DNA of 64,000 nt from Nitriliruptorales bacterium (lineage in GTDB: Bacteria; Actinomycetota; Nitriliruptoria; Nitriliruptorales; Nitriliruptoraceae). Every line of letters begins with the position of its first letter. Position 1 is the stretch's first letter. Both the position numbers and the translations under genes were made by a program. Under the pieces are notes generated by a model that worked only from the letters and a program-made list of their open reading frames with translations, ran no database searches and was not told the origin of the DNA. This document shows, piece after piece, positions 53,948 through 62,489 of this stretch. Location of the stretch: the NCBI GenBank assembly GCA_033722375.1, contig JAWVZB010000001.1:5175-69174 (forward strand). Reading direction: 5' to 3'.

Positions 53948-55233
53948 CGGTGGTTCCACTCTCCAAGCGCCCGTCGAACGGCGCCGCCAGCGATCCGGGA
54001 CCGCCGTTCGGTCACCTGATGCCGCCGGTCGTGCTTGCCGGCGTCTCGGCGGTCGCCGCGATCATCTGGATCGTCGCCGGTGACGTCCTCCCCGGCGGGC
54101 GGTGGGTGGCGATCCACCTCTTCACGCTCGGGGTGCTCACGCCGCTGGTCGCGACCTTCTCGCTGCACTTCGGTGCTGGCGTGCTCAACGCCACCCGGCG
54201 CTCGACGAGGTGGATGCTCGGCGGACTCGCTGGCGGTGCCGCGATGGTGCTCGTGGGCCTCCCTGGCGGGTGGCCGTGGTTGATCGCCGGCGGGGCGACG
54301 ATCGCGTCCGCGGCGGTGTTCACGGCCTACCTCCGCCTGCGCCGGATGCGGAAGGACACCGAGCAGGATCGCTTCCGGTTCGTCGTCCGGGGCTACGAGC
54401 GAGCGCACGGTGCCTTCCTCCACGGGGCACTGCTCGGGGCGCTCCTGGGGATCGGTGTGCTGCCGGGGGAGTGGTACTGGGGCGTCCGTGTCGCGCATCT
54501 GCACGTGAACGTGCTCGGGTGGGCGGGCGTCACGCTGCTGGCGACCTTGGTCTTCTTCGGCCCGACCGTGTTCCGCACCAAGATCGCTGACGGTGCCGAG
54601 GACCGAGCCAGGAGCGCGGTCCGCGTCGGCGCGACGGCGGTCACGGTGGCCGCCGTCGCGCTGATCGCCACGGGGTTCGGTGGGGTCGCTGCGACCGTGT
54701 CGCGTCTGGTGGCGGCGGTCGCGCTGGCTGTCTTCCTCGCCGGCGCCGCCCAGGTGGTACGCCCCGTCCTGGTGGCGTCCCGACGGGCGTGGGAGCGATC
54801 GCTCTCGACACTCCTCATCCGTGACGCGGCTGTCTGGTTCTGCCTCGGGATCGCGATCGACGTGGCCGCCGTGGCCTCCGGCACCTGGCGGTGGGTCGAT
54901 CCCGCCGGGCTGGCCGTCCTCGTGGGTGGCCTGGTGACCGCGATCCTCGGCGCCGTGACCTACCTGGCACCGATGGTGCTCGTCGTCGGCGCCGATCCAC
55001 GTCGGTGGCTGCGTGAACGGATCGAAGCCGGAGCGTCGGGGCGCGCCTGGATGATGAGGCTGTCGGTCGGGGCGATCGTCGGGACGGCGGCTGCGGGTGT
55101 TTCGCTCGGCGAGATCGGCTCGGTGGTCGCAGCGGCCGGATGGGCCGGTGTCATCGGAACGCTGGTTACCCAGGTCGGACTGGTCGCCTCCGGGGTCATC
55201 GGCGCGGCGCGCACGCCCCGATCAGTCGGTTGA
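53944..55233 (+). CDS. polytopic membrane protein of unknown function (about 12 TM; possibly NnrS-like)
   Basis: The GTG overlaps the Rrf2 stop (GTGA). It is hydrophobic throughout, with His-containing helices (WVAIHLFTLG, RVAHLHVNVLGW). The NnrS resemblance rests only on size, topology and context. Confidence 0.55.
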   Translation: MTVVPLSKRPSNGAASDPGPPFGHLMPPVVLAGVSAVAAIIWIVAGDVLPGGRWVAIHLFTLGVLTPLVATFSLHFGAGVLNATRRSTRWMLGGLAGGAAMVLVGLPGGWPWLIAGGATIASAAVFTAYLRLRRMRKDTEQDRFRFVVRGYERAHGAFLHGALLGALLGIGVLPGEWYWGVRVAHLHVNVLGWAGVTLLATLVFFGPTVFRTKIADGAEDRARSAVRVGATAVTVAAVALIATGFGGVAATVSRLVAAVALAVFLAGAAQVVRPVLVASRRAWERSLSTLLIRDAAVWFCLGIAIDVAAVASGTWRWVDPAGLAVLVGGLVTAILGAVTYLAPMVLVVGADPRRWLRERIEAGASGRAWMMRLSVGAIVGTAAAGVSLGEIGSVVAAAGWAGVIGTLVTQVGLVASGVIGAARTPRSVG

Positions 55234-55926
55234 CTGGACACCTGAGGCGGTGAGGGGCAGCTCCAGGACGAAGCGGGCGCCGGACCCGTTGGGGGCGTCG
55301 GTGACCGCGAGGCCGCCGGCATGGGCTTGCGCGATGCGTCGGGAGATGGCGAGTCCCAGTCCGAGTCCGGATCGGGCATGGTCCCCGGTGACGTAGTGCT
55401 CGAAGATCCGTTCCGCGTCCTCTGGGGCGACCCCGTCGCCGCTGTCGGTGATCCACAGGAGTGCCGCGTCGTCCTCGGTGACGACGTCCACGTGGATCGG
55501 CTCGTCGTCGGGTGAGTACTTGTCGGCGTTGTCCAGCAGGTTGCGGAGCAATTGGCGGATCCGCGTCACGTCGACGGTGAGCGGGACCTCCTCGTCGGGT
55601 ACGCGCAGCACGATCTCGTGGCCGTCCACGAAGACCCGGTCCAGATCGTCCACGTACTCGCTCACCAGCTCACCGAGATCGACACGTTCGAGGTCGAGCG
55701 TGAGCTCATCCTGGCCGGCAACGTGGAGGTCGTCCACGATCGCCTGCGCCACCCGGAGCTGTCGGCGACCGGCTCCAACGAGTTCGCGACTGTCGGCAGG
55801 GAGTCTGTCGCGCTGCTTCTCGAGGGCGTCCAGGGCGGTCTCGATCACGGTCAGTGGCGTCGTCAGCTCGTGCCGCAGGAGGGAGAGGGTCTCCTCGAGG
55901 TCGTGGATGCGGTCCTGGTCGCTCAC
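55222..55926 (-). CDS. minimal cytoplasmic histidine kinase (HisKA plus HATPase_c only)
   Basis: GTG at 55926 with AGGAGAGGAGG upstream. H-box LRHELTTPLTVI, LLDNADKYSP, DSGDGV and GLGLGLAISRR. No TM or sensor domain. Confidence 0.75.
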   Translation of the reverse strand: MSDQDRIHDLEETLSLLRHELTTPLTVIETALDALEKQRDRLPADSRELVGAGRRQLRVAQAIVDDLHVAGQDELTLDLERVDLGELVSEYVDDLDRVFVDGHEIVLRVPDEEVPLTVDVTRIRQLLRNLLDNADKYSPDDEPIHVDVVTEDDAALLWITDSGDGVAPEDAERIFEHYVTGDHARSGLGLGLAISRRIAQAHAGGLAVTDAPNGSGARFVLELPLTASGVQSTD

Positions 55927-56235
55927 GTGGGCCGCCTCCTCTCCTGATAGCTGCGCTGGTGTGCCCCCGCCTGCACACGGATGGCCAGTGCACCACGGTG
56001 GCGCCTGCATGCCAGTGATGTCGTCAAAGGGACACTCCTTCCGGAGCCCGCCGAACGGGCACGACCCCCTGGACGAATGACAGGGGGGAACTGCTTGCTG
56101 TTCCTCGTCCCGGATCGTCATGCCCCCGGGGGGTGTCGGGAGCGCCCCTGGTCGGTGTCGAGGTTCCTGGGACGTGTCACACCCTCGCCGTACGGTCACG
56201 TCTTGAACAGGTGTTCGCTGGTCGGTGGGAGGACG

Positions 56236-57411
56236 ATGACGGTCGCGGTTGGGGTCCTGTCGGCGCTCGTGGCCGGCGTGATCGTGGCGCTGGTCGTTTC
56301 CCGTCAGCAGAAGGCCGGTTCGGCGGATCTCGTGGCGGAGCTGCGGGCGGAGCTGGTCGCTCAGCGCCAGCAGTTGGAGAGCCAGCGGGACGCGTCGATC
56401 GGGTCCGCGCTCGACACCCTGGTCGCGATGGCGCGAGAGCAGCTCGGGGCGCACACCGAGGCCGGCACGCGGGCGCTCGAATCCCGCAACGAGGTGATGG
56501 GGGAGCGGCTGCAGAAGATGAACGACGAGCTCGACCGGATGCGCGAGCTCGTGCGCGACCTCGAACGCGACCGGCAACGCCGGTTCGGCCAGCTCTCCGA
56601 GCAGCTCGAGAAGGCGGGGCGCACGACCGCCGAGCTCGCCGGACAGACCCGCGCACTCCGAGAGGCGCTCGCGAGTCCCCAGGCGCGGGGCCAGTGGGGC
56701 GAGCGGATGGCCGACGACGTGCTCCGGGCGGCCGGGATGGTCGAGGGCGTCAACTACCTGCGGCAGGACACCTCCGGGAAGGGTCGCCCCGACTTCACCT
56801 TCAAGCTGCCCGCCGACCGCGTCGTGCACATGGACGTGAAGTTCCCGCTGGACAACTACCTGCGGGCGCTCGAGGCCGAGGGCGACCGTGACCGTGCCGA
56901 GCACGAGAAGGCGTTCCTCCGTGACGTGAAGAACCGGGTCCGCGAGCTCACGAAGCGCGACTACGTCGACCCCACCTCAGGGACGCTCGACTACCTGATC
57001 ATGTTCATCCCCAACGAGCACATCTACGCCTTCGTGCACGAGCGCGATCCCGAGCTCCTCGACTACGCGCTCGAGCAGAAGGTGGTCCTCTGCTCTCCCG
57101 TGACGTTGTTCTCCGTGCTCGCGGTGATCCGCGAGGCGGCCGACAACTTCGCGTTCGAACAGACCTCCAGCGAGATCCTCGAGTGTCTGACCGCGTTCAG
57201 CGATCAGTGGGGCCGCTTCGTCGAGCAGATGGACAAGGTCGGCGACCGCATCGACTCCACCAAGAAGGAGTACGAGATGCTCAGCGGGCGCCGGCGCCGC
57301 ATGCTCGAGAAGCAGCTCGATCGCATCGACGAGCTCCGTGCCGAACACGGCCTGGACGGGGCGCGCGTGCTGGCCCTCCCCGAACGCGAAGAGGTAGAAG
57401 ACACCGCCTGA
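56236..57411 (+). CDS. rmuC: DNA recombination protein RmuC
   Basis: ATG at 56236 after GGGAGGA. An N-terminal TM and coiled coil precede the RmuC nuclease-like block (RPDFTFKLP..VHMDVKFPL, DYLIMFIPNE, VVLCSPVTL). Confidence 0.85.
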   Translation: MTVAVGVLSALVAGVIVALVVSRQQKAGSADLVAELRAELVAQRQQLESQRDASIGSALDTLVAMAREQLGAHTEAGTRALESRNEVMGERLQKMNDELDRMRELVRDLERDRQRRFGQLSEQLEKAGRTTAELAGQTRALREALASPQARGQWGERMADDVLRAAGMVEGVNYLRQDTSGKGRPDFTFKLPADRVVHMDVKFPLDNYLRALEAEGDRDRAEHEKAFLRDVKNRVRELTKRDYVDPTSGTLDYLIMFIPNEHIYAFVHERDPELLDYALEQKVVLCSPVTLFSVLAVIREAADNFAFEQTSSEILECLTAFSDQWGRFVEQMDKVGDRIDSTKKEYEMLSGRRRRMLEKQLDRIDELRAEHGLDGARVLALPEREEVEDTA

Positions 57412-57577
57412 CCGACGTGGCCACTTGTTCGCCCACCGCGCACCGAGTGCGGTTCGTGCTTGCCAATCCAGCTGTGGGGACTAGGGTGCTACTACCGCGG
57501 TAGTCGGCCGTGCGGGGCCCTCGGGGGAGGCGTCTCGGGTTGCCGCTGCTGCGTTCATCCACGATGGGAGATCACAC

Positions 57578-59206
57578 ATGCGGATCAAACGACTCCGCTG
57601 GGCAGGTGCCCTGCTCGCGTTCGCGTTGGTCGCCACCGCCTGCGGCGGGGACGACACACCTGACGACGGCGGGACAGAGACCCAGGAACCCGGCGGCGCA
57701 GACACCGAGAGTCCGACTGATGACGGTGGGGACCAGGCCGCCGACGACGTACTCGTCGTCGGAACGACCGAGAAGCCGAGCTCGATCGACCCAGCGCGGG
57801 TCTACGAGAAGTTCGCTTCCGACATCCTCTTCAACACGACCGACACGCTCGTCGCGCTCGAGCCCGGCAGTGGTGACGCCGTTCCCGGCGTGGCCGAGAG
57901 CTGGGACATCTCCGATGACGGGCTGACCTACACCTTCACCCTCCGTGAAGGCGTCACGTTCCAGGATGGCTCCGACCTCACTTCCGAGGACGTCAAGTGG
58001 TCGCTCGAGCGGTCGCTGAACATCAACCATCCCGACGGTGCGTCCTTCCTGATCGGTGCGATCGAGTCGATCGAGGCACCCGACGACCGGACCGTCGTGA
58101 TCACGATCGGTTCTCCGAACGTGACCTTCCTGTCGCGACTGGCCTACTCCGTGGGCGCGATCCTTCCGTCCGACTCCGACACCTACTCGGCGCCGGAATC
58201 GGCCCTCGAGGAACCGTCTGCCGAGGAGGCGAACGAGTTCATCCAGAACTCGACCATCTTGGGCTCTGGCCCCTATCAGCTCACCGACTACGACCCCGAC
58301 CAGGGGGCCACGCTCCAAGCGTGGGATGGCTACTGGGGTGACGCCCCGCTCATCCCGACGGTGAGGATCCAGTTCTTCGAGAACTCTGCGCAGATGAAGA
58401 GTGCACTCGAGAACGGCGAGATCGACCTGAACGTTCAGGACTTCACCCCGACCGAGTTCACCTCACTCGAGCAGTCCGAGGGCATCACCGTCGAGACCGG
58501 TGACGGCGGGCGGATCCGCTACATCGTGATCGACGTCACCCAGGCGCCGTTCGACGACCCGAACGTCCGTCGGGCGATGTCGGCGAACATCGACCGTCAG
58601 CGCATCATCGACGAGGTGTTCGAGGGCAACGGCCAGCCGATCTACTCGATGATCCCGCCGGGCTACCCCGCATCGAAGGACTACATGTCCGACATCGATG
58701 CCTCGCTCGACGAGCCGGTCGACATCACCCTGTGGTACCCGCTGAACAAGTACGGCGACACCGAGGACGCGGTCGCAGAGACGATCGCGCGCTCCTTGGA
58801 GGAGTCGGGCCAGTTCACCGTCGAGACGCAGTCGGCGGACTGGGCATCGGAGTACGTGAACAACCTCAACAACGGGGTGTACGCGGCCTACCTGCTCGGG
58901 TGGTACCCCGACTACATCGACCCCGATGACTACATCGAGCCGTTCTACCACTCGGAGCGGACGTTCCTCGGGTTCTACCAGTCGGACCAGATGGACTCGC
59001 TGATCGATCAGGAGCAGCAAGAGAGTGATCTCGAGGCTCGCCTCCCGATCTTCGACGAGATCCAGCAACTGGCAGCGCAGGACATGCCGTTCATCCCCTT
59101 GTACGAGGAGTCCACGACGGCTGCGTACGTCGAGGGTCTGACGGGTGTCGAGAACTCGATCGACATCGCCATCCAGGCCCGCTGGTTCTTGATCGGCCGC
59201 GGCTGA
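57578..59206 (+). CDS. ABC transporter substrate-binding lipoprotein, family 5 (peptide/nickel/opine type)
   Basis: Lipoprotein signal LLAFALVATACGG. SBP_bac_5 blocks (VVGTTEKPSSIDPA, LVALEPGSGDAVPGVAESW, TFTLREGVTFQDGS). Confidence 0.9.
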   Translation: MRIKRLRWAGALLAFALVATACGGDDTPDDGGTETQEPGGADTESPTDDGGDQAADDVLVVGTTEKPSSIDPARVYEKFASDILFNTTDTLVALEPGSGDAVPGVAESWDISDDGLTYTFTLREGVTFQDGSDLTSEDVKWSLERSLNINHPDGASFLIGAIESIEAPDDRTVVITIGSPNVTFLSRLAYSVGAILPSDSDTYSAPESALEEPSAEEANEFIQNSTILGSGPYQLTDYDPDQGATLQAWDGYWGDAPLIPTVRIQFFENSAQMKSALENGEIDLNVQDFTPTEFTSLEQSEGITVETGDGGRIRYIVIDVTQAPFDDPNVRRAMSANIDRQRIIDEVFEGNGQPIYSMIPPGYPASKDYMSDIDASLDEPVDITLWYPLNKYGDTEDAVAETIARSLEESGQFTVETQSADWASEYVNNLNNGVYAAYLLGWYPDYIDPDDYIEPFYHSERTFLGFYQSDQMDSLIDQEQQESDLEARLPIFDEIQQLAAQDMPFIPLYEESTTAAYVEGLTGVENSIDIAIQARWFLIGRG

Positions 59207-59308
59207 TCACACCAGGGCAGGACGACGCGGTGGCCGGACCCATGAGGTCCGGCCACCGTCTTCTCTACGCTCACTAGACTCACGCGGCCGGGACCCGGGA
59301 GGAACGCG

Positions 59309-60343
59309 CTGGCAGCATCGAACGAACGTGGCGGCAGCCTGCGGTCGTATGTACTGGGGCGGCTGGCCTTCGCGCCCGTCTTTCTGTTCCTGCTGCTCAC
59401 ACTGTTGTTCATCCTCCTGCGAGTCATGCCGGGTGACCCTGTTACCGCTGCGCTCGGGGACCGCTTGTCGCCGTCGGCACTCGAAGCCAGACGGGCAGCC
59501 GCAGGCCTCAACGACCCCATATTGGTCCAGTACGGCCGCTACCTCGCCGGGGTCGTGCAAGGCGATTTCGGCGATGCCGTCACCGACCCGCGCGAGGTCA
59601 GCGAGATCGTGTTCGACCGGTTCCCCGCGACGTTCGAGCTGACCATGACCGCCATGCTCCTAGCGATCGCGATAGGGGTCGTGGTCGGTGCCATCGGGGC
59701 GAGGTTCCGCGACACGCCCCTTGATGTCGGTGGTCGGCTCTTCGGGATCCTCATCTACGCGGCTCCCGTCTTCTGGCTCGGGATCCTCGGTCAGCTCCTG
59801 TTCGCGTCCCGGTGGGGGCTCCTCCCGACCGGGAACCGGTTGAGTGCTCGTATCACGGTTGAGAAGCCGACCGGCTTCTACCTGCTCGACAGCATCCTGA
59901 CGACCGATATGACCTTCTTCACCACCGCTCTCCAGCATCTCGCACTGCCGGCCATCACGCTCGGGCTCGTGATCAGCGGCGTGTTCATCCGGATGGTGCG
60001 GGTCAACATGCTCCAGACCCTTCGGGCCGACTACGTCGAGGCCGCGGAAGCACGTGGGGTCGAGGAGCGCAAGGTGGTGTTCCGCCATGCCTTCCGGAAC
60101 GCGCTCGTTCCGGTAGTGACCATCATGGGCTTGCAGTTCGCCCTCTTGCTCGGTGGGGCGATCCTGACCGAGACGACGTTCTCCTGGCCCGGTCTCGGGT
60201 CCGCCTTGGTCGAGTTCATCAACGCGCGGGACTACGCCGCCGTTCAGGGGATCGTCACGTTCTTCGCACTGATGGTGGTCTTCGTCAGCGTCGCGATCGA
60301 CGTGATCAACGGGGTCATCGATCCCCGGGTGCGCTACTCATGA
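59309..60343 (+). CDS. ABC transporter permease (DppB/OppB type); start codon non-canonical or uncertain
   Basis: The frame is open from 59246. The conserved N-terminus LRSYVLGRLAFAPVFLFLLLTLLFILLRVMPGDP lies upstream of the first ATG/GTG/TTG (TTG 59405). A CTG at 59309 is preceded by GGGAGGA at 5-nt spacing. An EAA-type loop is present (YVEAAEARG). Confidence 0.75.
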   Translation: MAASNERGGSLRSYVLGRLAFAPVFLFLLLTLLFILLRVMPGDPVTAALGDRLSPSALEARRAAAGLNDPILVQYGRYLAGVVQGDFGDAVTDPREVSEIVFDRFPATFELTMTAMLLAIAIGVVVGAIGARFRDTPLDVGGRLFGILIYAAPVFWLGILGQLLFASRWGLLPTGNRLSARITVEKPTGFYLLDSILTTDMTFFTTALQHLALPAITLGLVISGVFIRMVRVNMLQTLRADYVEAAEARGVEERKVVFRHAFRNALVPVVTIMGLQFALLLGGAILTETTFSWPGLGSALVEFINARDYAAVQGIVTFFALMVVFVSVAIDVINGVIDPRVRYS

Positions 60344-61419
60344 CCCCCACTGCCCCGAACATCAGCCGCTGGGCGTCGCTGCGGCGACGCATGGAACACG
60401 CCCTGCGGCCATGGCGTCGGGCGAACCCGATGGCCCGTCGCCTCGTGGTGGTCGGCCTGCTCATCACCGGCTTCTTCGGCTTCCTCGCCGTGTTCCCCAA
60501 CGCGGTCGCGCCCTACGCGGAGGACCAGTACCGCTTCGTCGAGGGGACGACCGACGACCCCCTCACCGTGGACGCAGACTGCGCCGAGGTCGAATGCCCC
60601 CAGATCCCTCGCCGCATCGAGCCGACCGAGGGCCATCCCTTCGGTACGACGGCGGACCGCTTCGATGTTTTCTCGCGTGTCATTCACGGGGCACGTGTCG
60701 CGTTCGCGATCGTGCTTCTGTCGACCGCCCTCGCCATGGGTATCGGCGTGCCTCTCGGTCTCTTCTCGGGATACCGCGGCGGGAAGCTGGACCGTGCTCT
60801 CGTCACCCTCATGGATGCCGTTTACGTCATCCCAGGTCTGCTACTCGCCATCATCGTCGCCTTCGTGCTCCAGAGGTACTTCGATCCGGGCCTCGCGTCT
60901 GCTGCGGTCGCGGTCGGGGTGGTCTACATCCCCCAGTACTACCGCGTGATCCGCAACCACACGCTGTCGGTCAAGGAGGAGCCGTTCGTCGAAGCAGCGA
61001 GATCCATCGGGGCGAAGCCTCGGACGGTGATCACCCGGTACGTGTTCTTCAACGTGGTGCAGTCGGTGCCGGTGATCTTCACCCTCAACGCGGCCGACGC
61101 CGTTCTCACGCTGGCGGGGCTGGGGTTCCTCGGATACGGGGTGCCGTTCCCTGAGGCAGAGTGGGGTTTGGACGTCTCTCGGGCGCTGTCGGATGTCGTT
61201 TCGGGCTTCTGGTGGACGGCGTTCTTCCCTGGCGTCGCGATCATGCTCCTCGTGACCGGGCTCACCCTGGTGGGGGAGGGTCTCAACGACATCATCAACC
61301 CACTGCTGCGGGTTCGTGGGTACAAGGGCAAGGTTCCTGATCGCGACGAGCCCGCCCCCGAGGCAGATGCCACCCAGGACGAGCACGTGACGGTCGGCTC
61401 TCGGAGAGAGACCAGATGA
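60340..61419 (+). CDS. ABC transporter permease (DppC/OppC type)
   Basis: ATGA overlap with the preceding permease. Contains GTTADRFDVFSRVIHGAR and FVEAARSIGAKP. Confidence 0.85.
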   Translation: MTPTAPNISRWASLRRRMEHALRPWRRANPMARRLVVVGLLITGFFGFLAVFPNAVAPYAEDQYRFVEGTTDDPLTVDADCAEVECPQIPRRIEPTEGHPFGTTADRFDVFSRVIHGARVAFAIVLLSTALAMGIGVPLGLFSGYRGGKLDRALVTLMDAVYVIPGLLLAIIVAFVLQRYFDPGLASAAVAVGVVYIPQYYRVIRNHTLSVKEEPFVEAARSIGAKPRTVITRYVFFNVVQSVPVIFTLNAADAVLTLAGLGFLGYGVPFPEAEWGLDVSRALSDVVSGFWWTAFFPGVAIMLLVTGLTLVGEGLNDIINPLLRVRGYKGKVPDRDEPAPEADATQDEHVTVGSRRETR

Positions 61420-62489
61420 GTACTCCCGTCACCTTCGCCTCCCCCGACGACCGCGACAGGGCCGGTCCGATCCTCGAGGTCCGTGATCTCTCGGTCGCGT
61501 ACGGCACACCGCAGGGGTCGCTCCACGCGGTCGACCGGATCAGTTTCGATCTCCATCCCGGCGAGAGTCTCGGGGTGGTCGGCGAGTCCGGTTGCGGGAA
61601 GTCCTCCATGGGTCGGGGGCTCATGCAGCTCCTGCCACCCGGCGGCGACGTCGGTGGGAGCGTCAAGCTGAAGGGAGAGGAACTCATCGGGGTGGGTCGG
61701 CGTCGTTTGCGGCATGCGCGCGGCCAGGACATCGCGCTCGTGTTCCAGGAACCGATGACCCGCCTGGATCCGTTGATGCGGGTCTCCGACCACTTCGTCG
61801 AGGCGGTCCGCGCCCACCGTCCCGACACGTCCAAGGACGACGCGAAGCAAGCGGGGCGCGAGGTGCTCGCGGCGATGGGCATCCCGCCGACACGCGCAGA
61901 CAACTACCCCCACGAGTTCTCCGGTGGCATGCGGCAGCGGATCATGATCGCACTGGGGATCGTCCTCAATCCGGCCGTGATCATCGCGGACGAGCCGACC
62001 ACGGCCCTCGACGTCATCGTCGAGGCCCAGATCCTCGATCTCCTGGACCGCATGCGTCGCACCGAGGACGTCGGGCTGATCCTCATCACCCACAACCTCG
62101 GCATCGTCGCCGAGACCTGCGACCGGGTCGCGGTGATGTACGCCGGCAGGATCGTCGAGATCGGACCCATCGACGACGTGTTCGCCAATCCGGCCCATCC
62201 CTATACCAAAGGCCTGCTCCGGTCCGTCATCAGTACCGACACCACCGAACTGTCGAGTATCGACGGTGCCCCGCCCAGTCTCATCGATCCGCCCTGTGGG
62301 TGCCGGTTCGAGCCGCGGTGCCCCGAAGCGTTCGATGCGTGCCCCTCGGTCGACCCGGCACTGACCGAGGTCCGGTCCGATCAGCACGCCGCGTGTCTGC
62401 TCTACCCCGGCGCGGATGCCGGGAGCACCACCGATGTCGTTCCTCCCGAACGGGATGCGGCGGAGGGCCTGCAAGGGGAGACCAGATGA
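61416..62489 (+). CDS. ABC transporter ATP-binding protein (DppD/OppD type)
   Basis: Walker A GESGCGKS, signature FSGGMRQR, Walker B IIADEPTTALD, and a C-terminal oligopeptide domain (HPYTKGLL, CRFEPRCP). Confidence 0.9.
   Translation: MSTPVTFASPDDRDRAGPILEVRDLSVAYGTPQGSLHAVDRISFDLHPGESLGVVGESGCGKSSMGRGLMQLLPPGGDVGGSVKLKGEELIGVGRRRLRHARGQDIALVFQEPMTRLDPLMRVSDHFVEAVRAHRPDTSKDDAKQAGREVLAAMGIPPTRADNYPHEFSGGMRQRIMIALGIVLNPAVIIADEPTTALDVIVEAQILDLLDRMRRTEDVGLILITHNLGIVAETCDRVAVMYAGRIVEIGPIDDVFANPAHPYTKGLLRSVISTDTTELSSIDGAPPSLIDPPCGCRFEPRCPEAFDACPSVDPALTEVRSDQHAACLLYPGADAGSTTDVVPPERDAAEGLQGETR

Noticed and set aside
55927-56130. Possible Cys/His-rich N-terminal sensor extension of the minimal kinase (MTIRDEEQQAVPPCHSSRGSCPFGGLRKECPFDDITGMQAPPWCTGHPCAGGG).
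   Set aside because: By hand count, third-position GC in this stretch is only about 70%, against roughly 90% in the neighbouring genes. There is no Shine-Dalgarno before the ATG. The GTG at 55926 has a very strong AGGAGAGGAGG site. It is still worth a proteomic check.
55927-56235. 309-nt intergenic region between the minimal kinase and rmuC, considered as a riboswitch or sRNA.
   Set aside because: It has somewhat lower GC and a few short inverted repeats, but I could not recognise a convincing conserved structure or known motif. It is most simply a divergent promoter region.
61408-62489. Identical 12-nt junction GAGACCAGATGA at both permease/ATPase and ATPase/ATPase gene boundaries (61408-61419 and 62478-62489).
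   Set aside because: It is short and contains the stop/start overlap, and both upstream proteins simply end in ETR. Most likely this is convergence or chance rather than a mobile or regulatory repeat.
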